DNA of 64,000 bases from Pirellula sp. (GTDB taxonomy: Bacteria; Planctomycetota; Planctomycetia; Pirellulales; Pirellulaceae). The stretch is taken from contig JANMLD010000301.1 in assembly GCA_031372345.1 (NCBI GenBank), positions 888 through 64,887 of the forward strand, written 5' to 3'. The notes under the pieces are model-generated. The model was not told the DNA's origin. It ran no database searches and saw only the letters and a list, made by a program, of their open reading frames with translations. Positions 9,528-17,856 of the stretch are shown piece by piece (within the stretch, counting starts at the first letter, position 1; the number at the start of each line of letters is the position of its first letter). Position numbers and translations under genes: made by a program.

Positions 9528-10451
9528 TTACGATTGCGGCTTCTTTTCTGCGGAAGAATCGTCGACTTTTGGTAACTCAACCTTCGGGGCATCAGGTGAA
9601 GTTGTGGAGGGCAACGCGGTATTAGCGGATGCGTTTGGGGTCGACGTTTCAGGGATGGAAGGGGCTGGTTCAGGCGTTTTTTGCGTTTCCTGCGCGGATG
9701 TGGTTGCAGGTACGGTTTGCGATTCGGGGATTGATGGCAAGGAAGTTTCACCACCGGTGCCTGGAGTCGTTGTCGGGAACGAAAAATTGGGTTCATTCGG
9801 CAATGCCGAAGGGTTCGTGGGGTTCACGTTAAGGACCGGCGAGGACGCTCGGCTGGTTTTGTACCAAGCATAGAATTCTTCGCCCGCTTTGCTTTCCAAC
9901 CATGCCACACGCTTAGTTGCTTCGGCAATCAATTCGACACCCATGGCTTTGTTGGTAATAACTTTTCGATAAAAAGAAAGGGCTTTGTCGTGATCGCCCA
10001 TCCCCTCAGATGCTTGGGCGAGGCCGAAATTGGCGCGTCCAGTAAGAAATGGGTCGCTGCTCTTTTCAGCCACTGCGCCGTACTCCGCAATAGCCTCTTT
10101 GTAAAACTGTTCCGCTAAATCGCGATCGAGGTAGACTTTTTCCAGCGCTCGCGACATGTTGGCGTCGCCTGCGGTTTGTATGGCCCAAAGTCCCGCTGCT
10201 GTTCCCTTGAAATCGCTTGAAATGGCTGTCAATTCCGCCGTGTCAGTGTCCGCAAAGTAGAGAGCCGTCCAGCCCTTGGCGGACGCTTTTTCTTGCACGG
10301 AAGTGTAGAAACCGTACGCGAGCAAACCAAGAACCACGACAGTCGTGACTGCCACGATCGCGGGTAATGCTTTCTTCAGTTTAATTGCATGCTGTTCGAT
10401 TTTATCGGCTAGCAGATTCGATTCTTGGATCTGTTTTCGTTCGCTTTTCAT
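9528..10451 (-). CDS. Membrane-anchored TPR-like protein (YfgM-like) with Pro/Thr/Ser-rich tail
   Basis: MKSERKQ N-terminus, a single TM helix, Ala-rich helical repeats and a low-complexity C-terminus. Confidence 0.6.
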   Translation of the reverse strand: MKSERKQIQESNLLADKIEQHAIKLKKALPAIVAVTTVVVLGLLAYGFYTSVQEKASAKGWTALYFADTDTAELTAISSDFKGTAAGLWAIQTAGDANMSRALEKVYLDRDLAEQFYKEAIAEYGAVAEKSSDPFLTGRANFGLAQASEGMGDHDKALSFYRKVITNKAMGVELIAEATKRVAWLESKAGEEFYAWYKTSRASSPVLNVNPTNPSALPNEPNFSFPTTTPGTGGETSLPSIPESQTVPATTSAQETQKTPEPAPSIPETSTPNASANTALPSTTSPDAPKVELPKVDDSSAEKKPQS

Positions 10452-10648
10452 AGCTTCATGCCGGCAAAAGACGGGCGTTTAGGGGAACACGGTCAAAGAG
10501 GGAAGTATAGGCCTGAAGCCCTGTTTCCTCAATAGTGTTATTGCTTTGTTAATTCTAGAACCGATGGTGACAAAACGGCCATTCCCTGCCATGATCTGAC
10601 TTTCGAACCAAAAAACCAACCATTTCATTAACCCAGTAGAGGCAATCC

Positions 10649-12235
10649 ATGACCCCTCCCGTCATGCGAGCTTTGGGGATTCGTTCGTTTCCGCGATTGG
10701 GGGCGAGCATTGTGGCAAATGTGCGACGATTGACATTTTGTCCTCGCACACTCCCTCTACTCCTCGCCCTCCTTGTCATCGGCTTGGTTGCAATCGCGCC
10801 GGGCAGTCCCGGTCTTGCTTTCGAACAAGACCCAATACAGCTGACTAGTCAGGCCAGCGAGTACAGTGGATTGGATACGACTTCATTCGTACGCCTTCCC
10901 GATTACGTTGTTGGCAAGATAGCCGCCGAAACCAAAGCTGCATCGATTGCAGGAAACAATGCTTGGATCATGACTTGTTCGGCTCTAGTGTTCTTTATGA
11001 TCGCTCCCGGTTTGGCTTTGTTCTATTCCGGTCTGGTTCGGAAGAAGAACGTTTTAAGCGTATTCATACAGTGCCTCTTCTTGACCGCCGTCATGTCGAT
11101 TGTATGGTCGTTGTACGGCTATTCGTTGGCGTTTTCGGATGGCGGAAACCTGGATGGTTGGATTGGCGGTTTGGGGCATGTCTTTTTGAATGGCGTTTCT
11201 CGCACTTGGAATGATCTCCGTCAGTCGCCTGTTACTCCGATGTGGTTTGCGGCTGGATCCGAGACATCAGTGACGAAGTACTCGCACATGATCTTTGAAG
11301 GAATGTTTTTTTCCATTTCACCGGTGATTATGTATGGAGCACTTGCAGAGCGGGTTAAGTTTCATGGCATGGTCGCCTTTAGCATCTTGTGGGGCACATT
11401 CGTCTATTGCCCGATTGCGCATTGGATTTGGGGAGGCGGAATTTTGAGCTATCCGCTTGGGCTGCTGGGTGGCAGTTTGGATTTTGCTGGCGGAATTGTT
11501 GTTCATATCAGCGCGGGGGTCTCAGCCCTTGTGGCCGCCATCGTGGTCGGGCCGAGGCTTGGATTTGGAAAAGATCCGATGCCGCCGCATAATCTCACGT
11601 ACACGTCCATTGGGGCAGCGATGCTCTGGTTCGGTTGGTTTGGGTTCACGGCGGGCAGTACCATGGCGGCCAACGAAGTTGCCACCAGCGCGTTTGCGGC
11701 CACGCATTTGGCCGCAGCCGCGGGAGCGATCGGTTGGTGGCTGCTGGAATGGCGGTCCAGAGGCAAACCCACCGTCCTTGGGATCAGCTCTGGATTGGTT
11801 GCAGGCTTGGTTTGCATTACGCCGGCCGCTGGCTACGTGCAGCCGATGCCCGCACTTCTATTTGGCTTTTCGGCTGGAATTGGATGCTACTACGCTTGCA
11901 GTTTGTGCAAGCACTGGGCAGGCTACGATGATGCGTTGGACGCGTTCGGAATCCATGGTGTCGCAGGAATCATCGGGGCAATTTTGACCGCCATTTTCGC
12001 AACGCGAGCTTGCAACAATGTTGGTAACGGAAACACCTTAGGACTGCTGGAGGGAGGGAACCTACTGCAAGGACAGCTTGCATCAATCACCGTCGTGGTT
12101 GTCTATTCGGGGCTTTCGAGTCTGGTATTGCTGAAGGTCGTCGACTGGACGATCGGACTACGCGTCTCGGCCTCGGACGAACGGCAGGGACTCGATGTCC
12201 AACAACATGGCGAAGAAGGTTACATATTTTTGTAG
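10649..12235 (+). CDS. amtB: Ammonium transporter (Amt family) with N-terminal extension; true start may be downstream
   Basis: Motifs PGLALFYSGLVRKKN, DFAGGIVVH, PHN, LWFGWFGF, GLVCITP and DAFGIHG. Both twin-His positions are present. Confidence 0.93.
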   Translation: MTPPVMRALGIRSFPRLGASIVANVRRLTFCPRTLPLLLALLVIGLVAIAPGSPGLAFEQDPIQLTSQASEYSGLDTTSFVRLPDYVVGKIAAETKAASIAGNNAWIMTCSALVFFMIAPGLALFYSGLVRKKNVLSVFIQCLFLTAVMSIVWSLYGYSLAFSDGGNLDGWIGGLGHVFLNGVSRTWNDLRQSPVTPMWFAAGSETSVTKYSHMIFEGMFFSISPVIMYGALAERVKFHGMVAFSILWGTFVYCPIAHWIWGGGILSYPLGLLGGSLDFAGGIVVHISAGVSALVAAIVVGPRLGFGKDPMPPHNLTYTSIGAAMLWFGWFGFTAGSTMAANEVATSAFAATHLAAAAGAIGWWLLEWRSRGKPTVLGISSGLVAGLVCITPAAGYVQPMPALLFGFSAGIGCYYACSLCKHWAGYDDALDAFGIHGVAGIIGAILTAIFATRACNNVGNGNTLGLLEGGNLLQGQLASITVVVVYSGLSSLVLLKVVDWTIGLRVSASDERQGLDVQQHGEEGYIFL

Positions 12236-12274
12236 TCGGTAATAGCAATTTCCCCCAAACCCAAGCCTAATACC

Positions 12275-12574
12275 ATGGTTCAAGTCATACCCACCGACAA
12301 ATCCAGCATCGCACCATTGAAGATGCCTGACCGGTTCCGGAAAGAAATTGTCTATTTCATGTCGCCCGCCGAGGGGGATGACGCTCCCAAACTTGGAAAG
12401 GACGAATACTGGATCCGTGCCGAGGACGCCGCGAAATGGCTTGATGATGGTTTTTTCAGTCTTGTTTCCCCTTTGGACGCCGAATCCGTCGCGGAAATCG
12501 AACTATCCGAGGATCAAGAGATTTGGCTTGAATGGATGGTCGAACACAAGATTTGCACCGTGAAAATCGCGTAA
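12275..12574 (+). CDS. Small acidic hypothetical protein (99 aa)
   Basis: Clean ATG-TAA ORF filling the gap after amt, with globular-looking composition. Confidence 0.7.
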   Translation: MVQVIPTDKSSIAPLKMPDRFRKEIVYFMSPAEGDDAPKLGKDEYWIRAEDAAKWLDDGFFSLVSPLDAESVAEIELSEDQEIWLEWMVEHKICTVKIA

Positions 12575-12711
12575 GGCGAGCGGCGATGTGAAAACGGCCA
12601 ATCACAACACGATACGCTCCTAATCCTAACCCGATACGTAAGTGAGGGACCTGCGTCTTTGTTCCTCGCTTACGCTTCGGGTTGGGATACTCTAATCTAC
12701 CGCTCGCCTAA
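12572..12711 (+). mobile_element. MITE-like element carrying a family B REP doublet
   Basis: Same termini and core as 5123-5240. It begins on the TAA stop of the upstream ORF and has an extra internal partial duplication (cgatacg twice). Confidence 0.75.
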
Positions 12712-12823
12712 GAATCAATCGTTGGTTTGGGAGGCGACAGGTTTCGAATTTTTGTTTAGACTTTCCATTCCTGACCCAAAATCCAGTTTCCCCTTTCTTC
12801 TTCGTTAAAGAGAACTAATAGCT

Positions 12824-13396
12824 GTGGCATCCTATAAAACCAGCGACCTGCGTAGAGGACTCAAGATTCAAATCGACGGCGAACCGTACTTGCTCACCGA
12901 TATTGACTTTTTCAAGCCAGGTAAGGGCAACGCACTCTACCGTTGCAAAATGAAGAACCTGGTCCGAAACACCGTCTTGGATCGGACACTTAAGGGTGGT
13001 GATGAGCTGGAAGCGGCAGATGTGGAGGAACTTGAGACTCAGTTCCTTTACAGCCAAAATGGAACCTTTGTTTTCATGGACAAAGACTCATTCGAACAGT
13101 ATGAATTGTCCGCCGAACAGGTGGACGAAAACTGGAAGTATCTCAAGGAAAACATGCCGGTGGACATGGTTTTGTTCAATGGCAATCCGATCACGATTTC
13201 CCCTCCTTCGCACGTGACGCTGAAGGTAGTCGAAACGGATCCAGGAACCAAGGGTGACACGGCTACCAACGTAACCAAGCCAGCCAAAGTGGAAACGGGG
13301 GCTGAGTTCAACGTTCCCGGATTCATCAAAGAAGGCAACGTCATCAAAATCGATACGCGCAACGGTACTTACGTTGAACGCGTTAGCATGGATTAA
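12824..13396 (+). CDS. efp: Elongation factor P
   Basis: KPGKG loop, TDPGTKGDT, KPAKVETG and DTRNGTYVER. GTG start. Confidence 0.97.
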   Translation: MASYKTSDLRRGLKIQIDGEPYLLTDIDFFKPGKGNALYRCKMKNLVRNTVLDRTLKGGDELEAADVEELETQFLYSQNGTFVFMDKDSFEQYELSAEQVDENWKYLKENMPVDMVLFNGNPITISPPSHVTLKVVETDPGTKGDTATNVTKPAKVETGAEFNVPGFIKEGNVIKIDTRNGTYVERVSMD

Positions 13397-13520
13397 CACA
13401 AAACTCGCCCAGAGTGTAAGCTTAAACACTGGACGCGTGTTGGTTGGATCAATTTGTTGTTGTTCGTCGCTGATGGCCGTCGCCATCGGTGATGCATGCA
13501 AGTCTACTTGGGGTGATGCT

Positions 13521-14753
13521 ATGCTCCGTTTGCAATTCATATGGACCATTTGCTTGGTATCGCTTGGGATCTCACTGGGAGTTTCTCGCGCTCAGTCACA
13601 GCAACCGAAGCAGGAGAGTTTCGAAATCCTCAGAGAACAACTGATCAAGAACGTCTTGATTCCCAATGGAATTCGGGATCCTCGCGTATTGAAATCGGTC
13701 GGTTCAACGCCGCGGCACGAGTTTGTTCCAAAGAAATACGCTCATCAAGCGTACCAAGACATCGCGATTCCAATTGGCGAATCGCAAACGATCAGCAGTC
13801 CCTTCATCGTCGCTTTGATGACGCAATCGCTGGATCCCAAGCCCACCGACAAGGTTCTCGAAATCGGTACGGGTAGTGGTTATCAAGCGGCCATACTGAG
13901 CCCTTTGGTCAAAGAGGTCTATACGATTGAAATTGTTGAGGATCTGGGCCAGCATACGAAACAGTTCTTGGCAGACATGAACTACACGAATGTTCATTGC
14001 TTGATTGGGGACGGTTTCAAAGGCTGGAAAGAGCACGCTCCGTTCGACAAAATCATCGTGACTTGCTCGCCTGAAAAAGTTCCCGAGCCGCTTGTGGAAC
14101 AATTGGTAGAAGGGGGATTGATGATCGTTCCCGTCGGCGAACGGTACCAACAGATGCTGTTCCTGATGCGTAAGGTAGACGGAAAACTCGAACGGGAAGC
14201 CTTGCAACCAACGCTGTTTGTTCCGATGACAGGAGCTGCAGAGGACGCCCGGGAAATTACTCCAGATCCCAAAAACCCGAAGCTGGCCAATGGAAGTTTT
14301 GAACAACCCTTGATTAACAACTCGCGAGTACCAGGCTGGTACTATCAATTTGGGTGTATCGTTGTCCAGGACACCAATGCGCCAGATGGGCGAAATGCAG
14401 TCGAGTTTAAAAGCAACGATTCCAAGTCTCCGAGCATGCTGCTACAAGGACTGGCCATAGATGGTTCCATTGTAAAGAAGATCAAGCTTGGCGGATGGAT
14501 CTCCACGGAGAATGTCAAGATTGGCAAGAACCTCGAGGACTCGCCTTCTATTGCGATTCAGTACTTTGACTCGAATAGAAATCGCATCGGTTACAATTAC
14601 ATAGGTGGTTTTAAAGGGAGCCGCAAATGGAAAAAAGAGGACAAGATCTTTACTGTTCCGCCTGCAACTCGCGAGGTCATCGTTTCCATCGGTCTATTTG
14701 GTGCAGTGGGAGCGGCTCGCTTCGACGATATTTTCATCGAAGCCGTGAAGTAG
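13521..14753 (+). CDS. pcm: Protein-L-isoaspartate O-methyltransferase with signal peptide and C-terminal CBM-like domain
   Basis: Motifs TPRHEFVP, IPIGESQTISSP, VLEIGTGSGYQAA, APFDKIIVT and GGLMIVPVG. Hydrophobic N-terminus from ATG 13521; LANGSFE...PGW starts the C-terminal domain. Confidence 0.88.
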   Translation: MLRLQFIWTICLVSLGISLGVSRAQSQQPKQESFEILREQLIKNVLIPNGIRDPRVLKSVGSTPRHEFVPKKYAHQAYQDIAIPIGESQTISSPFIVALMTQSLDPKPTDKVLEIGTGSGYQAAILSPLVKEVYTIEIVEDLGQHTKQFLADMNYTNVHCLIGDGFKGWKEHAPFDKIIVTCSPEKVPEPLVEQLVEGGLMIVPVGERYQQMLFLMRKVDGKLEREALQPTLFVPMTGAAEDAREITPDPKNPKLANGSFEQPLINNSRVPGWYYQFGCIVVQDTNAPDGRNAVEFKSNDSKSPSMLLQGLAIDGSIVKKIKLGGWISTENVKIGKNLEDSPSIAIQYFDSNRNRIGYNYIGGFKGSRKWKKEDKIFTVPPATREVIVSIGLFGAVGAARFDDIFIEAVK

Positions 14754-14807
14754 CGCCCCCAGATCCATGTAAACGAGGGTTATTTCAATGAAATGGGGTA
14801 AAGATAG

Positions 14808-16031
14808 GTGAAACCAAAGGCTGTGTTGGCTTACTGTCGAGAAAAGGGGATCAAAGCCTTTGACTTGCGCTTTACGGATGTTGCTGGTTCTTGGCGGCAC
14901 ATTACGTTTCCGGTTTCAGCCCTGACGGAAGCGTCGTTTGAAGAGGGGTTTGGACACGATATTGTTTTGGACCCCTCGACAAACCAATCTCCAAGCCATG
15001 CTATCTTGGTTCCACAGGGGTTTGCAAACTACTTGGACCCGTTTGCGCACCAACCAACGTTGGTCTTGTTGGCTAGTGTTCAAGACCCGGTGATGCGAGA
15101 GGAAAGTCCGCTCGATTCTCGCTCGGTGGCCGTTCAAGCCATGCGTTACCTAGAATCTTCTACCATTGGCGATGGAATGGCTGTTCGCGCGAGCTGTCCA
15201 TTTCGAATCGAACGAGCCGGGAATCCGGACGATGAGTTCCAACCATCGGAAAACACGCTGCTCGCTTGCGGGCCTGCCGATCGCGATTTCAACATGCGAT
15301 GCCAAGTCGCGGACCTTGCCTCGGAGTCGGGACTGCATATCGAAAGGCATTTCAGCGGAATGGGTTCCAGCTCGGAATTGATTTTAAAACAGACAAGTCT
15401 CGTGGAATGCTGCGACGACATACTTATGCTCCGCTATGTGGTTGGCCAAAATGCGTGGAAAAATGGTGATAGGGTTAGTATGTCCAATCTGTGGCTGCCG
15501 AGCCAATGGTCGATCACTCGTCAAGGCGAATCGCTCTTGGTTGGGTCGTCATATCGTGGATTGAGCGAAACCGGATTGCATGCGATCGGTGGCATTCTCA
15601 GACACGCGGACGCGATCACGGCGATCGCTATCGCCAATGCGGAATCAACCGATGGAGTTCCTTGGTTGAAATTGTGTTCCTACAACTCGCCCGAATCGCT
15701 TTGCCGTGTGATCATTGCCTCCAATAATCCTCGGGATCGAGCGATCGAGTTTCGCGGTGCCCCCGCCGCGTGCAATCCCTATTTGGTCTACTCGGCCGTA
15801 TTGATGGCCATGATCGATGGCATCCAAAACAAGACGGCTCCAGGCTCTGCGTTGGATAAGCAAATCGACATCGCTTCCGATGCCGTTTCATACTTCATTG
15901 GACGCGACGAGAACGGAAAAGCCACGCGTCGTCAATTGATGGAAAGTCTTATATCGGATAGCGATTTCTTGAGTCGAGGCCAAGTCTTTTCCAATGAACT
16001 GATCGACGTGCTTTGCAGGGAGTTGGGGTAG
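14808..16031 (+). CDS. Glutamine synthetase type I-like protein with degenerate active site
   Basis: DLRFTD..G.W.H, GLSETGLHAIGGILRHA and IEFR....NPYL..SA.LMA..DGIQNK match the GSI scaffold. Most catalytic motifs are altered. Confidence 0.8.
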   Translation: MKPKAVLAYCREKGIKAFDLRFTDVAGSWRHITFPVSALTEASFEEGFGHDIVLDPSTNQSPSHAILVPQGFANYLDPFAHQPTLVLLASVQDPVMREESPLDSRSVAVQAMRYLESSTIGDGMAVRASCPFRIERAGNPDDEFQPSENTLLACGPADRDFNMRCQVADLASESGLHIERHFSGMGSSSELILKQTSLVECCDDILMLRYVVGQNAWKNGDRVSMSNLWLPSQWSITRQGESLLVGSSYRGLSETGLHAIGGILRHADAITAIAIANAESTDGVPWLKLCSYNSPESLCRVIIASNNPRDRAIEFRGAPAACNPYLVYSAVLMAMIDGIQNKTAPGSALDKQIDIASDAVSYFIGRDENGKATRRQLMESLISDSDFLSRGQVFSNELIDVLCRELG

Positions 16032-16079
16032 GCGACATCAAAAGGTTGATGTTGATGTTATCCTGCTTTTTGTTTGTTC

Positions 16080-16141
16080 GGGAGGGTGAGGCTCCTGCCG
16101 AACCATTGCGGCGCCTGGCTCGGCAGGAGCCTCGCCCTCCC
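16080..16141 (-). repeat. Family C REP doublet
   Basis: gggagggtgaggctcctgccga...tcggcaggagcctcgccctccc. Its reverse complement matches 5021-5081, including the loop and the cgattg..aaacaacg flank. Confidence 0.85.
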
Positions 16142-16246
16142 GTTGTTTTTCAATCGTGCACGCATCGAAAGTTTGCAGGGCTGGATGACGCTGTGACATC
16201 GCGGCTGGCGTTACGGTCGAGTACGCCAGTCGACGGAGCGACTGAC

Positions 16247-17431
16247 CTACGTGACTAGTACCGCCATCGGTGGTTCTGCTGCTTTCTTTCGTCGCATTAG
16301 GAAGTAAATTCCCACTGCAGCGACCGCCAACAGCGAAAGACTAAACACGGGCCTGACTGCCATCCACGCAATGCTGATGGTAATGAGCGCGACGGTACTG
16401 CCTAGAATGAACCCAATCAACATCGTGGCCACGCCAACCATCTTTCCAAGCAATGGAACGAAATTAGCCAGGGCTTTCAATGGACCAGCCATCAAGGAAA
16501 ATCCTACGCACGCAAGTAGCCATCCAACTAGTCGCAAAATAATTGCTAATGTCGCATTCTCAAATCGCAACGAAGCAAACATGTCGGTAGCGGATTTTTC
16601 GCCGGACACGATACTCTCGATTGTCTCGCCATTGATGGTCTTGTAGGGCTCAAACTCGTTGCCCATCTGCTGCGAAAGCAAACTAACCGTCATGGGTTCT
16701 ACCATTCGAAATCGTATTCTCAAATCGCCAACCTTGGGATCCTTAATAACTGGTGTATCGGTACTTAAATAGAGAGAATTGCTTTCTGTTTTAAAATGCG
16801 CTCTGTCAGAGGGATCGAGTTTGCCAAGAACAATCGATTCGTCGATCACGATATCCTTCCATGCGTTGAGCCTGAGGACCAAAGACGGTCGCAAATGAAA
16901 CGTGCCCAAAGTCGCACGCTCGGACACAAGGGAGGTCGACGGATAGTGAGGTTGGGGATTCGTATGCCCGCTAGGCTGTTCGAAAGATTCGCTGTTCACT
17001 CGATCCCGATGCCACTGGCGTTGATAGTCGTAAGTGGTGATGGTCTCGGTTCCGCCACCGAGCTTGTCGCGTGTCTTGCTCTCCTTGCGCTCCGTCCACT
17101 GATACATTTCGACTTGTCGTTCCAATCGCAAGGCTTTGGTGCCAATTTCGAAAACGCCATCCGTGAGCAGTTCCTCCGTGGTCGCCGTGCCGCTAACGTG
17201 AACGAGCCGTTTGTCTAGCTGCGGGTCAACCTCGAACGGGCTTGCCATTTCGGCAACAACTTTTTCTGCCTGAATCAAGCCTTGAGTCCGATGGATGGTC
17301 CTATATTCATTCCAGCTAATCAAGAAAATGGAAATGGGAACCAAGAGGAAGCCGATCAAAACTCCCATGAACGATTGTGCGATACGCGAAAAAAACCCTT
17401 GTCGCGTTGTTCGTTCTATTTTGTCAAACAT
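16247..17431 (-). CDS. TMEM43 family membrane protein
   Basis: N-terminal TM ending WNE.R, KLVH.SG, L.R.VEMYQW.E, LGTFHL, KVGDLRI.F, then three C-terminal TM helices beginning ..LR..GW. Confidence 0.8.
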   Translation of the reverse strand: MFDKIERTTRQGFFSRIAQSFMGVLIGFLLVPISIFLISWNEYRTIHRTQGLIQAEKVVAEMASPFEVDPQLDKRLVHVSGTATTEELLTDGVFEIGTKALRLERQVEMYQWTERKESKTRDKLGGGTETITTYDYQRQWHRDRVNSESFEQPSGHTNPQPHYPSTSLVSERATLGTFHLRPSLVLRLNAWKDIVIDESIVLGKLDPSDRAHFKTESNSLYLSTDTPVIKDPKVGDLRIRFRMVEPMTVSLLSQQMGNEFEPYKTINGETIESIVSGEKSATDMFASLRFENATLAIILRLVGWLLACVGFSLMAGPLKALANFVPLLGKMVGVATMLIGFILGSTVALITISIAWMAVRPVFSLSLLAVAAVGIYFLMRRKKAAEPPMAVLVT

Positions 17432-17569
17432 CAGCGTTTTACCTCTTTGAATTTGGAATCAGGTTGAAGGTGATTTTAGTCGAAGGAACGTGTTTTGGGA
17501 GTGCGAAGCTCCTGCTGAACCACCGAGTTGAAACTGGCGCAACGCAATTCGCTTCATTTTGCTAGAATG

Positions 17570-17677
17570 CAAGCCGCTGGCTTTACGCCAGGGTTTGCTG
17601 ACCATCTATTCTAGAGAAATGGTAAATATCCCCCGATTCAAACTCGGGGGGATTGTCATGCCGTCGGCTTTATGCCG
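17570..17677 (-). repeat. Family A triple-hairpin unit plus part of a second unit
   Basis: The reverse complement reads ...ccccccgagtttgaatcgggggatatttaccatttctctagaatagatggtcagcaaaccctggcgtaaagccagcggcttg, matching the 1131-1380 units. Confidence 0.85.
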
Positions 17678-17856
17678 CATCCTTCGCCCCGAATTGGGCA
17701 ACCAAATCCTAGCCCAAAAGAGCGTTGCGCAGCGTCAGGGACTAGAGATGAAAAACGTGTCGCTCGCCCAACCGGCGACACAGGTGGGCCGTCTTCGCGG
17801 CCACCCTTCCGTCCTCGATGTCCATCGTGTTGCAGCGTGATCCGCAACAATCGCGT

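Noticed and set aside
12729-12750. tmRNA/tRNA-like 5' end (gggaggcgacaggtttcga)
   Set aside because: No matching acceptor stem, T-arm or CCA end follows, and the intergenic space is only ~110 nt.
12824-13396. Unusual EF-P modification loop
   Set aside because: PGKG is the common Lys-type loop and nothing atypical is seen.
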